Assembly (NCBI GenBank): GCA_963761335.1
Contig: CAVXGR010000018.1
Location: 736,001-800,000, forward strand
DNA from: an uncultured delta proteobacterium
Lineage (GTDB): Bacteria; Desulfobacterota; Binatia; HRBIN30; BPIQ01
Length of the DNA: 64,000 bases
Direction of reading: 5' to 3'
Part shown: piece by piece, positions 1 to 9,664 of the stretch
How positions within the stretch are numbered: position 1 is the first letter of the stretch
Layout of the letters: every line of letters starts with the position of its first letter
Notes under the pieces: model-generated
Told to the model about the DNA's origin: nothing
The model's input: the letters and a program-made list of their open reading frames with translations, nothing else
Databases searched by the model: none
Made by a program: the position numbers and the translations under genes

Positions 1-76
1 CGGGGCCAGCCGGGTGTCGAGCCCAGCGGCGAGGCGCCGCGCGGGCTCCTCGGGCGCCTCGCGGAGGATCTCGCGG

Positions 77-1624
77 TTACGCGATCCGCGTCGAGTGTCC
101 GGCCCAGTAGCGGTCCTTGAGCAGCCGCTTGTAGAGCTTGCCGGTCGGATGTCGCGGCAGCTCGGACTCGAAGTCGATCGAGCGCGGACACTTGTAGCGG
201 GCGAGATGCTGGCGGCAGAAGTCCATCAGCTCTTCCGCCAGGACGGGCCCGGCGTTGGCCATGTCGACCGGCTGGACGACGGCCTTGACCTCCTCGCCGA
301 GGTCTTCGTTGGGGATGCCGAAGACGGCGACGTCGGCGACCTTGGGGTGCATCACCAGGACGTTCTCCGCCTCCTGCGGGTAGATGTTCACGCCTCCGGA
401 GATGATCATGTTGGCCTTGCGGTCGGTCAGGTAGAGGTAGCCGTCGCCGTCGAGATAGCCGATGTCGCCGAGGGTGGACCAGCCCTTGGCGTTCCGCGAG
501 CCGCGCGTCTTCTCGGGGTCGTTGTGGTACTCGAAGCTGGGGCCGGCGCCGAAGTAGATCGTCCCGACCTCCCCGGTGGGCACCTCCTCGCCGTCGTCGC
601 CGACGATGTGGGTCTCTCCCAGTATGGCGCGGCCGACCGAGCCGCGATGCGCCAACCATTCATCCGAGGTGATGGTGGTGAAGCCGTTTCCCTCGGTGCC
701 GGCGTAGTACTCGTAGAGGACCGGCCCCCACCAATCGATCATCTGCTCCTTCACCGGAACGGGGCAGGGGGCAGCGGCGTGCACCGCCACGCGCAGGCTG
801 GACAGGTCGAACCGGTGCCGCTCCTCCGCGGGCAGCTTGAGCATGCGCACGAACATCGTCGGAACCCATTGGCTGTGGCTGATGCGGTGCTCCTCGATGA
901 GCCGCAGCGCCGCGAGCGGCTCGAAGCGCTCCATGAGCACGCAGGTCGCGCCCAGGCGCTGCAGATTCATGCAGAAGCGCAACGGGGCGGCGTGGTAGAG
1001 CGGCGCCGGCGACAGATACGCGGAGTCGGCGCCGAAGCCGTAGAGCGCCACCAGCAGCCGCACCAGCGGCGTCGGCGAGCCGGCCGGGTTGCCGCTGAGC
1101 GGCACCCGGACCCCTTTCGGTCGTCCGGTCGTCCCCGACGAGTAGAGCATGTCCTGGCCTTCGCACTCGTCGCTCACCGGGGCGGCGGGGTGAGCGGCGA
1201 CGGCGTCCTCGTACGACTCGTATCCGGCAATGGCGCCGTCGAGCATGAGGCGGCGCTGCACCCCCGGCAGGCGCTCGCCCAGGGCCGCGGCAAGCTCGGC
1301 CTTGTAGGCCGAGGTGATGAATACCTTGGCGCCGCAGTCGCCGACGATGTACTCCACCTCGGCTGGCGTCAGCCGAGAGCTGATCGCCGTGTAGTAGAGG
1401 CCGGAGCGCTGCGCCGCCCAGGTGATCTCGAGGAAGCGGGGGTGGTTCTCGAGGCAGAGGGCGATGGCGTCCCCGGGCCGCAGGCCGCTGGCACGGAGCA
1501 TCTGCGCACAGCGGTTCGATCCTTCGTCGAGCTCGCGATAGGTGATTGCCTGGCCGGTCGACGCCATGATGTAGGCGGCCTTGTCGGGCGTCGTCCGCGC
1601 GTGCGTGGCGGGGTAGAGGGGCAT
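77..1624 (-). CDS. Acyl-CoA synthetase / AMP-binding enzyme
   Basis: Adenylation motifs MLYSSGTTGRPKG, YYAGTEG, TLGDIG, DRKANMIISGGVNIYP and PTGKL; start trimmed to MPLYPAT within ORF 77..1891. Confidence 0.9.
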   Translation of the reverse strand: MPLYPATHARTTPDKAAYIMASTGQAITYRELDEGSNRCAQMLRASGLRPGDAIALCLENHPRFLEITWAAQRSGLYYTAISSRLTPAEVEYIVGDCGAKVFITSAYKAELAAALGERLPGVQRRLMLDGAIAGYESYEDAVAAHPAAPVSDECEGQDMLYSSGTTGRPKGVRVPLSGNPAGSPTPLVRLLVALYGFGADSAYLSPAPLYHAAPLRFCMNLQRLGATCVLMERFEPLAALRLIEEHRISHSQWVPTMFVRMLKLPAEERHRFDLSSLRVAVHAAAPCPVPVKEQMIDWWGPVLYEYYAGTEGNGFTTITSDEWLAHRGSVGRAILGETHIVGDDGEEVPTGEVGTIYFGAGPSFEYHNDPEKTRGSRNAKGWSTLGDIGYLDGDGYLYLTDRKANMIISGGVNIYPQEAENVLVMHPKVADVAVFGIPNEDLGEEVKAVVQPVDMANAGPVLAEELMDFCRQHLARYKCPRSIDFESELPRHPTGKLYKRLLKDRYWAGHSTRIA

Positions 1625-1874
1625 GTCCATGCCGTCTTTCATAGGGCCGTTCGCCGAGGAAATGAAGCTTCGCCGCCATGTGGACGTCTTTCTTTTCGGC
1701 CCCTCATGTGTCGGTATCGACCGGATGCGAGCCTCCGCCCGCAGCCTGGCGCCGGTCCCCGCCCGGTCGAACCAACTCGATTGCCCGCCGCGGCGCCGTT
1801 GGAGTAGAAATGCGAGGAATTGCTGAGAACGACGACTGCCAGCTGCCTGACCGGCACTGAGGAGGGAATTCTTT

Positions 1875-2519
1875 GTGGAAGAATTGAGCATACTGCAGAT
1901 GATCGAGCGGGGGTGGATGGCGACCTATCCCCTCATCTTGATGTCGGTGGTGGTGGTCACCATCATCTTCGAGCGTCTCTGGTCGCTGCGCAACGTGGTA
2001 TCGGACACCCTGACGCTGTCCGGGAATCTCTGCCCGCAGCTGGAGAAGGGCGAGTTCGCCACGGCGCTCAGCGCCAGCCGGGAGCAGGCCGTGAAGCCGG
2101 CGGGCCGCATCTTCACCGACGTGCTGGCGCGGCACCAGAGCGACTCGCTCGAGTATCTCTCCGACCTCACCGAGGAGAAGCGCTTCGAGGAGATCGAGGC
2201 CCTCAAAGGGCCGCTGTGGGTCCTGGGGACGGTCGGCGCGAGCGCTCCGTTCATCGGCCTGTTCGGCACCGTGGTCGGCATCGTCAAGGCCTTTCACAGC
2301 ATGGCGCTGATGGGCAGCGGCGGCTTCTCGGTGGTCGCCGCGGGCATCTCCGAGGCTCTGGTGGCCACCGCTCTCGGCCTGGTGGTCGCCATCATCGCGG
2401 TGATCTTCTACAACTACTTCCAGACGCGGCTGGAGCGCATCGAGGCGGCGATGACCATTGCCTGCAATCGCGTCGTCGACGCGATCTATCTGGGGCGGAG
2501 GAGCAATGGCGCTCGGTAG
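1875..2519 (+). CDS. MotA/TolQ/ExbB proton channel family protein
   Basis: APFIGLFGTVVGI and AGISEALVATALGL signatures; GGAGG upstream of GTG start. Confidence 0.92.
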   Translation: MEELSILQMIERGWMATYPLILMSVVVVTIIFERLWSLRNVVSDTLTLSGNLCPQLEKGEFATALSASREQAVKPAGRIFTDVLARHQSDSLEYLSDLTEEKRFEEIEALKGPLWVLGTVGASAPFIGLFGTVVGIVKAFHSMALMGSGGFSVVAAGISEALVATALGLVVAIIAVIFYNYFQTRLERIEAAMTIACNRVVDAIYLGRRSNGAR

Positions 2520-2931
2520 TCTCAAGGGACGTGCCCGTTCTCCGATCATGGCGGAGATCAACATCACGCCGCTCACCGACATCTTCCTGGTCCTGCTCAT
2601 CATCTTCATGGTGACCAGCGCCGCGATGGTCGAGTCGGGGGCGAAGATCGAGCTGCCCGAGGTCGACAGCACCTCGAGCCAGCCGCGAGAGATCACCATT
2701 ACCGTCACCCCCGATCACCAGCTCTACGTGAACTCCGACCTGACCGCCTACGACGATCTCGAGGGGGTGATCCACGGCTTGGTCAGCGGCCGGCCGGAGG
2801 TCCCCGTGGTGCTCGAGGGCGACCGCGACGTTCTCTTCGGCGACGCCGTGAAGATTCTCTCCATCGCTCAGAAGGCGGGCGCGACGCAGATCGCCATCGC
2901 CGCGGAGCGGCGCGCCGGAGGAGGCCGTTGA
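2506..2931 (+). CDS. ExbD/TolR biopolymer transport protein
   Basis: EINITPLTDIFLVLLIIFMV signature; GGAGGAG RBS before ATG 2506. Confidence 0.92.
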   Translation: MALGSLKGRARSPIMAEINITPLTDIFLVLLIIFMVTSAAMVESGAKIELPEVDSTSSQPREITITVTPDHQLYVNSDLTAYDDLEGVIHGLVSGRPEVPVVLEGDRDVLFGDAVKILSIAQKAGATQIAIAAERRAGGGR

Positions 2932-4082
2932 GTCGAGACCCCCGGGACCCCGACAGGCCGGAGAGCTTCGATCCATGGGCGCCGCGGCGCGGGCGGACGT
3001 TCCGCTTCTTCGCCGTGTCTTCCGTGGTGCACGCCGGCTTGCTGGTGTTGCTGGCGACGGTGACGCTGCAGATCGTTCGCAAGGTCGAGGAGATCCGGGT
3101 GCGCGTCGTGGAGCCGCCGCCGAGCCTGGAGGACGTCGAGGGCGCCCCGTCGCTCAGTGATCTCGAGGGCGTCCTCAAGGTCTCGCGGGCCCAGGTGCAC
3201 AAGGCGCGTCCCGCGGGGCCGCGCATCCGGAACGTCAAGGCGCCGGACCTGCCCAAGCTCGGCGGGATCGGTCCGAAGATCGGCCGCGGTCCGAAGATCG
3301 ACGACGCCGCACCGCCGCTCACCTTCGGCGCCGGGGGCGGCGGCGGGGGCATCGGCGGCCTGGGCGGAAGCTTCGGCGACTACGTCGGCGGCCTGCGCAA
3401 GGTGGGGCTCGACGTGGCGCTGGTGATCGACACCACCGACAGCATGCAGTTCGCCATCGACGAGGTGAAGGAGAAGCTGGCGTCCTTCGTCGCCGCCCTG
3501 CAGCAGATGGTACCGGCGACGCGGGTGGGCATCGTCGTCTACCGCGATACCGGCGACGACTATGTCGTGCGCTGGACCGACCTGAGCTTCAAGACCAAGA
3601 AGCTGCAGGAGTTCCTCGCCAACATTCGCGCCGCCGGCGGCGGCGACTGGGAGGAGGCGGTGCGCGAGGGGATGGACGCCGCCATTCACGACCTCAAGTG
3701 GCGCAAGAAGTCCAAGCGGATCATCATCCTGGTGGGCGGCTCGCCGCCGCATCCATGGGACGTCGATGCGGTCGAAGACATGGTCTCCGACTTCCGCGCC
3801 AAGGGGGGCAACGTCAGCGCCATCGACGTCACCGAACGGCTCCACTACGAGTTCGACTACTTCATGTGGCGATCGCTGCACGGTCGCGCTCCCTATCAGC
3901 CGTCGCCGATGCCGGAGTATTACAAGGAGACCGCGAAGGTGTTCGCGCAGATCGCCCAGAAGGGCGGCGGCGAGCTGATGAGCCTCCAGCAGAACAAGAA
4001 GCTGCTGCGCGAGGTGATGGTCCTCACCTTCGGCAGTCGCTGGAAGATCGAGATGGCCAAGTACATGGACGACCTCTCCTGA
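2928..4082 (+). CDS. TonB-like N-terminal TM anchor + Pro/Gly linker + vWA domain protein
   Basis: TM with SSVVHAGLLVLLATVT (S-H-L-T spacing of the TonB SHLS motif); vWA motifs LVIDTTDSM, GIVVYRD, GGGDWEEA, IIILVG; overlaps the exbD stop. Confidence 0.8.
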   Translation: MSRDPRDPDRPESFDPWAPRRGRTFRFFAVSSVVHAGLLVLLATVTLQIVRKVEEIRVRVVEPPPSLEDVEGAPSLSDLEGVLKVSRAQVHKARPAGPRIRNVKAPDLPKLGGIGPKIGRGPKIDDAAPPLTFGAGGGGGGIGGLGGSFGDYVGGLRKVGLDVALVIDTTDSMQFAIDEVKEKLASFVAALQQMVPATRVGIVVYRDTGDDYVVRWTDLSFKTKKLQEFLANIRAAGGGDWEEAVREGMDAAIHDLKWRKKSKRIIILVGGSPPHPWDVDAVEDMVSDFRAKGGNVSAIDVTERLHYEFDYFMWRSLHGRAPYQPSPMPEYYKETAKVFAQIAQKGGGELMSLQQNKKLLREVMVLTFGSRWKIEMAKYMDDLS

Positions 4083-4107
4083 GCACCGCCGATGCCTTTG
4101 TATCGCT

Positions 4108-4139
4108 GCCTCTCTGCGCCCCTGTGCCTCTGCGTTGAG
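4108..4139. repeat. Short periodic CTCTGCG/CTGTGCCTCTGCG element between the vWA and TPR genes
   Basis: gcctctctgcgcccctgtgcctctgcgttgag; argues that the TPR ORF starts at 4158 rather than 4092. Confidence 0.4.
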
Positions 4140-4157
4140 CGCCCTCCGCGGATCGCC

Positions 4158-6533
4158 ATGATGGCGCTGATCTTCGTCTGCGCAGTCACCGCGCCGGCGC
4201 TCGCCTCCTCCAGCGGAGAGATCCGCGCCGCCGCCGACGGCATTGCCGCCGGCAAGCCGCAGAGCCAGGGGATCGAGGGGCAGCGGCGCGCTGTCGAGCA
4301 GCTCGGGCAGCTGTCTCTCGAGCTCATCGACCAGGTGGATCAGGCGACCCTGTCGGGGCGGGAGAAAGCGCAGCGCGAGGCGCTGCGCGCCGCCTTCGAG
4401 GCGGTGGCCGCTCCCCTCGAAGCGATCTACGGCAGCAACGCCGCGCAGCTCGACCGCATGTCCAAGGAGGTCATGGACCAGGACGGGGATCTCGAGGCGC
4501 TCTACGACACCAAGGAGTGGCGAGAGGGGCAGGGCACTGCCTCGCGGGCGCTCTACTATCTCAACTGGCTGCACTTCTACGGTGCCCGGCTGTACGACGG
4601 CGACAGACGCAAGGAGCTGCTCCAGAAAGCGGAGCGCGGCTTCTCCGAGTTCTCCGTCGGCGATCGGCAGACGGAGCTGCTGGTCGAGAGCCTGCTCGGC
4701 CGTGGCCTGGTGCACCTCGAGCTCGGGCAGACCGATCAGGCCGAGCGCGATCTGCGCCTGGTCATCGATTCAAAGGAGGCCTCACCCGAGCGCCGCGCCA
4801 AGGCGAGGATCGGTCTCCTCGAGGCGTACCTGCGCGACGGCAAGATCGACAAGAGCCTCGAGGCCTCGGCGCAGTTCATCGCCGCCGTCGACAAGGGCAG
4901 CGCCCGCGCCGAAGAGGTGCCGTATCTGCGCTTCCTGCGGCTCAAGGCGCTGCTGCTCGCATCGAAGAAGGGCGGGGCGAACGCGGCGCGCTATCGCCAG
5001 GAGTCGCTGTCGCTGGTGGAGGCGCTGCGGCGCCAGGGGGGTGCCTGGAAGGAGCGCGCCGAGGCGCTGCTCAGCGCCAACGTCGATGACCCGGCACTGT
5101 GGGCCGGCAAGGCGGAGACCCCCTTCGCGCAGTGGAATCTCGCCCGGCTGCTGGTGCAGAAGGGACAGTACAAGGAGGCGCAGCCGCTGCTCGAGTCGAT
5201 CGTCAAGAGCGACGACGCCGAGGCGCGCCGCCATCGCGGTGAGGCCGCCTACATGCTCGGCGTCGCCGAGTTTCGCAGCGGCGACTACGAGAGCGCCGCC
5301 AGCCACATGCAGACGGCCGTCGACAACAAGATCGAGGAGGCCGACGAAGCGCGCTACCTGCGCTTCAAGGCTCTCGAGATGCTGATGGCGAAGCAGCCCA
5401 CCGGGGAGCTCGCGGAACGCCTGCAACGGGCCGCCAATGAGTTCGTCGCCGCCGCGCCCGAGCACAAGAACGCCTACGAGGCCTATCTCCGCATCGGCGA
5501 GCTACTGCAGGGCGAGGGCAAGCTCGACGACGCCATCGCCGCCTACGCCAAGGTGAACGGCGATCCGATGTACGAGCTGCGTGCCCGCTTCGGCACCCTG
5601 CAGTCGCGCTTCGAGCTGCTGGGGAACGATGGCGGGGGCGGCGGCAAATCGCCGGCGACCACCGGCCAGATCCAGCAGATCGGCTCGGACATCGCCGCGG
5701 TGGAGCAGCGCGCGGCGGCGCTGCGCCCACAGGGCGACGAGGCCGCGGAGGTGAAGGCGATGCAGGCGAAGACGGCACTGATGCACGCTGTCTACGCCAA
5801 CTTGCGGCGCGCCAGCGGCTCGTCCGCGGGCGCGACGGAGGATGCAGGCGACGCCGAGATCGTCGCCGCGCTGCAAGGGTTCGAGGAGAAGTATCCGAAG
5901 GAGGACGATCTCTTCGCCACTGTCCTGCGGCTGCGGCTCGAGGCTCTGGCACGCCTGGGGCGCTTCGCGGAGGCCGCCGCACAGGTGCGCGCCCACGGCC
6001 AGGTGCTGGCGTCCGCCGAGCAGCGCCAGCAGGCGCACACGCTTGCTGCCGCCTTCCTGCGCGGCGCCGCAGCCAAGGACGCCGCCGCCGCCGGTCAGGC
6101 GCGCGAAACGGCACTGGCGTTGTATCAGATCGCCAATGCCGGCGGCCCGGTCGAGGAGAAGGACAAGCTGGTGCTGGCGCAGCTCTACCAGCAGTCGGGC
6201 CGCGACGGTCAGGCGCGCGATCTCTATCAGAACCTCCTCGCCTCGGGCGGCGGCGAAGCGCCGCTGGCGCTGCGCGGGCTCGCCGCTCTCGCCGAGAAGG
6301 GCGGCGACTACGAGGGCGCGCTCGGACGCTGGCGCGAGCTCAACGGCAAGGCCCGCCCCGGCGACCGCGGCTGGTACGAAGCCCAGTACCAGATCGCCCG
6401 CCTTCTCCTCGCCTCGGGCAAGAAGGAGGCGTCCTGCAAGACACTCGAGAATCTCAAGCCGGCGATGCCCGGCCTGAGCGACGCCGACCTGCGCCGCGAT
6501 CTCGATCAGCTCTACGGCCGCGCCTGCAAGTAG
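4158..6533 (+). CDS. Exported TPR/helical-repeat protein
   Basis: Signal peptide MMALIFVCAVTAPALA; TPR-like patterns (AAYMLGVAEFRSGDYESA, AYLRIGELLQGEGKLDDAIAAY, WYEAQYQIARLL). Confidence 0.8.
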   Translation: MMALIFVCAVTAPALASSSGEIRAAADGIAAGKPQSQGIEGQRRAVEQLGQLSLELIDQVDQATLSGREKAQREALRAAFEAVAAPLEAIYGSNAAQLDRMSKEVMDQDGDLEALYDTKEWREGQGTASRALYYLNWLHFYGARLYDGDRRKELLQKAERGFSEFSVGDRQTELLVESLLGRGLVHLELGQTDQAERDLRLVIDSKEASPERRAKARIGLLEAYLRDGKIDKSLEASAQFIAAVDKGSARAEEVPYLRFLRLKALLLASKKGGANAARYRQESLSLVEALRRQGGAWKERAEALLSANVDDPALWAGKAETPFAQWNLARLLVQKGQYKEAQPLLESIVKSDDAEARRHRGEAAYMLGVAEFRSGDYESAASHMQTAVDNKIEEADEARYLRFKALEMLMAKQPTGELAERLQRAANEFVAAAPEHKNAYEAYLRIGELLQGEGKLDDAIAAYAKVNGDPMYELRARFGTLQSRFELLGNDGGGGGKSPATTGQIQQIGSDIAAVEQRAAALRPQGDEAAEVKAMQAKTALMHAVYANLRRASGSSAGATEDAGDAEIVAALQGFEEKYPKEDDLFATVLRLRLEALARLGRFAEAAAQVRAHGQVLASAEQRQQAHTLAAAFLRGAAAKDAAAAGQARETALALYQIANAGGPVEEKDKLVLAQLYQQSGRDGQARDLYQNLLASGGGEAPLALRGLAALAEKGGDYEGALGRWRELNGKARPGDRGWYEAQYQIARLLLASGKKEASCKTLENLKPAMPGLSDADLRRDLDQLYGRACK

Positions 6534-6557
6534 GGAGAAGCGGCATCCCGCCGCTTC
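6534..6557. repeat. REP-like hairpin, degenerate copy of the GTAG family
   Basis: GGAGAAGCGGCATCCCGCCGCTTC resembles GTAGAAGCGGCGTCTCGCCGCTT at 55202 and 56775. Confidence 0.55.
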
Positions 6558-6598
6558 GTCTGGATCCCTCTCCACGCGAGGGCCGCGCCGCAGCCTTG

Positions 6599-6742
6599 TT
6601 CTCCGTTCTCGTCCCCGGTTCTCATCCCGTCGTTTTCCATTGTTCTGCGAGCCGCGTGAGAGCGCCCAGCTGTGGAGGATACCCGCGGCTATCAGAGCGA
6701 ATGGAAAACGACGGGATGAGGACCGGGAATGAGAACGGAGAA
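6599..6742. repeat. Long inverted repeat (43 bp arms, 58 bp loop), MITE/REP-like
   Basis: 6599-6641 is the reverse complement of 6700-6742 with 3 mismatches; a partial copy (GGGATGAGAACCGGG) occurs near 55282. Confidence 0.8.
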
Positions 6743-6900
6743 TGACGGGAAGGAGATTCGAGGTTCCCGGTTCCCATCCCGTACCTTGGACTTTGCATCC
6801 CGGCATTGCTATCGTCGGCCCCCGCCGAGAGGAGGATTCGTTGCAGGGGGCCATTGATCGAGCATCCGGTTCCGTCCGGAACCGCCGCAGCAACTCGTAG

Positions 6901-9612
6901 ATGCGCTGGCTGCGTCGGCTGCTCGCCCTCTTCGGTCTGTTGATTGTTCTGGCGGTCGGTGCGGCGGCGGCTCTCCTCTATCTGGCCGCGCACGGCGAGA
7001 ACGTCGCGGCACTCAAGGCCATTGCTGCCCGCGCCAGCGGTGCCTTCAGCGGACAACGCACCGAGAGCCTGGACCTGGACGTGTACCTGCGGCCGCAGGA
7101 CCGCTGGCTCTCCAGCCGTGCCACTCTCGCGGTGCGCTCGCTCGAGCCGGGGCGGCGCCGGCTGTACTTTCTTCTCAACGACGCACTGAAGCTGCGCGCT
7201 CTCCACATCGAGGGCGAGCCGAAAGCGACCGCGTACCATCTCGGAATCCTGCTGGTCGTCGACGTCGGGCGGCCGCTGAAGGCGGACGAGGCGGTCAACG
7301 TGGCGCTCGAATACGAGGGCATGCCGACGGCGGGCCTCCTCGGCCTCTCGCCGGCGGAGCTGACGGCGCGCGACGTCGTGCTCACCCCGCAGGACTTCTG
7401 GTTTCCGATCGATCTGCAGGGTCAGTACGACGTGTCGGTGGCGGTGACCCTGCCGGCGGCGATGAAGGTGGTCCATGCGGGGGACGAGCAGAAACGCGTG
7501 CTGCAGGGAAATCTGCAGCGGGTCAGCTGGATCTATCCGCGCAAGGTCGCCGGGTTCTCGCTGGTCGCCGGGCCGTATCGCTCGGCCGACTCCTACTCGA
7601 AGGACGCCAAGTACCGCCTCTTCCTCGCCGACGACGTCGATCTCGACAGCGACCGCGTGCTGCAGAGCATGAGCGAGGCGAACCGGATTCTCACCGAGCA
7701 CTACGGTCCGTCCGGGTATCCGACGGTGGCGCTGGTGGTGAACCGGCGTTTCCTCCGTGGCTACAACGACGGCGCTGGGCTCATGGGCCTGTCGCTGCGC
7801 TACTTTCGCTGGGGCGACTACGGTTTCGGAAGCATCGCCCACGAGATCGGTCACAACTGGTGGGGCGCCACGGTCATGGAGAAGTGGCTGCAGCCGGGTA
7901 CCGCCGGCGAGTGGCTGGTGGAGGGATTCGCCGAGTTCTCCAGCCTCCTGGCGGTACAGGAGCGCTACGGGGACGCGGCGCTGACCCGCCGCCTGGCGCA
8001 GGAGGCCTTTGATCCGCAGCGCTCGCAAGGGCTCGACGACATGTCGGTGATCGACAACGCGCTCGGCGGCTTCGGCCCGCGCCAGACGATCTACGGCAAA
8101 GGGGCCTACGTCGCCTTCATGCTGCGGAAGGTTCTCGGCGACGAGCCGTTCTTCACGGGAGTACGCAAGTTTATCGATACCTACCGGCAGCAGTCGGCGA
8201 CCGGGAAAGACCTGCAGAAAGTGCTCGAGGAGAGCTCGGGGAAAGACCTCTCCGCCTTCTTCGACCACTGGGTGCGTTCCGACGAGCTTCTCGATCTCGA
8301 GCTCGACCAGGGAGAGGCGCCGGGCAGCGTCGTGCTGCGCAACACCGGCAACAATCCGGTGGTCGGTGAGAGCGACATCTGGGTGTTCCCGAAAGGCGAC
8401 GGGACGCCGCAGCGGCGCCGCCTGGCGGTGGGCGGGCAGCTGGAGATCGGCTGGCAGAGCACCGACCACGTGGTCGCCGATCCCCGGCTCGCCTGGGCCG
8501 ATATGCGCCGCCTGAACAACCGCTTCCCCCGCCAGCTCTTCCCCCGATATCTCGCCGTCTCCCCGGGCGGCGTGCGGGCGCTGGTGGAGAGCGGCATCTA
8601 TCCCTGGTCGGAGACGACCCTGCGGGTGGTGCAGCCCGACGATGTGATCCGCGGCAGCTGGCCGCTCGACCGCGGACTTCTCGCGCCGCCGCAGTGGCTC
8701 GACGAGGATCATCTCGTGCTCAGCAGCGAGGCCGAGGGCCAGGTGTACCCCGACATCGTCGTCTTCGACACCCGCGACGGCTCTCACCGCATCGTCGGCC
8801 GGGGTGCCGACGCGACCGTGGTTTCCGACACCATCTACGCGGCACGCGGCGACCGCCTGCTGCGCTGGAGCGGCCCGAGCTGGCGGGAAGGCACGGTCGG
8901 CCGCTGGAAGGGCTATCAGGTCTCGCAGCCGGCAGTCTCTGCGGACGGCAAGCAGCTCGCCTATGCGCTGGCGCGCGACAATCAGCTGGAGGTGCGCGTG
9001 CGCGCCATTCACCAATCCACGGAAGTGGTTGCCTTCTCCTGGGATCGCGATCTCGGTGGGCTGCGCTGGGCGCCGGATGGCAGCGCCCTCTACGCCATTG
9101 CCGGCGGCGATTGGGACTGGCAGCTGTGGGAGGTGCGGCTCGACGGACAGGGTGTCGTGCCCCTGGTGCAGGAAGCTGCTCTGCTGACCGATGCCGGAGT
9201 CTCCGCGGACGGCTCGCAGATCGCCTTCGCGGCGGCGCCGGTGCTTGCTTACCCCGAGAACCGCGAGTCCGTCTTCGTCGTGGATCTGGCGTCGAAGAGC
9301 GTGCGGCGCTTCGATATCCCCGGCGCCGACGCGCGGCGGCTGACCTGGGCCCCGAACGGGCAGCTGTGGGTGATCTCCAGCCCGTCCGGTGAGGACGTGC
9401 CCTGGCATCTCCCGGAGGAACGCCACCTGGCGCGCATCGATCCGTCCTCGGGCTCGGTTGCGGTGATTCCCAATCCGCGGCCAGCTGCGCCCCCGGGCGC
9501 AGCCCAGGGTCCGGCGGCCGCAGTGCCGCCGACGCCCCTGGGATCCGGCCTCGAGATCGAGACCGCAATGCCTCCGAGCCGGGTCGAATCGCCATCTCCG
9601 ACACCCGAGTAG
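6901..9612 (+). CDS. M1-like zinc metallopeptidase with C-terminal TolB/PD40-like beta-propeller
   Basis: N-terminal TM/signal; IAHEIGHNWWG...WLVEGFAE; IYGKGA; C-terminal repeats PAVSADGKQLAY, WAPDGSALY, VSADGSQIAF, WAPNGQLW. Confidence 0.82.
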   Translation: MRWLRRLLALFGLLIVLAVGAAAALLYLAAHGENVAALKAIAARASGAFSGQRTESLDLDVYLRPQDRWLSSRATLAVRSLEPGRRRLYFLLNDALKLRALHIEGEPKATAYHLGILLVVDVGRPLKADEAVNVALEYEGMPTAGLLGLSPAELTARDVVLTPQDFWFPIDLQGQYDVSVAVTLPAAMKVVHAGDEQKRVLQGNLQRVSWIYPRKVAGFSLVAGPYRSADSYSKDAKYRLFLADDVDLDSDRVLQSMSEANRILTEHYGPSGYPTVALVVNRRFLRGYNDGAGLMGLSLRYFRWGDYGFGSIAHEIGHNWWGATVMEKWLQPGTAGEWLVEGFAEFSSLLAVQERYGDAALTRRLAQEAFDPQRSQGLDDMSVIDNALGGFGPRQTIYGKGAYVAFMLRKVLGDEPFFTGVRKFIDTYRQQSATGKDLQKVLEESSGKDLSAFFDHWVRSDELLDLELDQGEAPGSVVLRNTGNNPVVGESDIWVFPKGDGTPQRRRLAVGGQLEIGWQSTDHVVADPRLAWADMRRLNNRFPRQLFPRYLAVSPGGVRALVESGIYPWSETTLRVVQPDDVIRGSWPLDRGLLAPPQWLDEDHLVLSSEAEGQVYPDIVVFDTRDGSHRIVGRGADATVVSDTIYAARGDRLLRWSGPSWREGTVGRWKGYQVSQPAVSADGKQLAYALARDNQLEVRVRAIHQSTEVVAFSWDRDLGGLRWAPDGSALYAIAGGDWDWQLWEVRLDGQGVVPLVQEAALLTDAGVSADGSQIAFAAAPVLAYPENRESVFVVDLASKSVRRFDIPGADARRLTWAPNGQLWVISSPSGEDVPWHLPEERHLARIDPSSGSVAVIPNPRPAAPPGAAQGPAAAVPPTPLGSGLEIETAMPPSRVESPSPTPE

Positions 9613-9664
9613 ACGCGGCGTCCCGCCGCGTTGTCGGAGGGGGGGACTTTCGGGGGCGCGCCCT

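Noticed and set aside
14..1807. 597 aa plus-strand ORF
   Set aside because: Antisense shadow of the acyl-CoA synthetase; no motifs; typical of GC-rich DNA
6622..9426. 934 aa minus-strand ORF
   Set aside because: Shadow of the M1 peptidase gene
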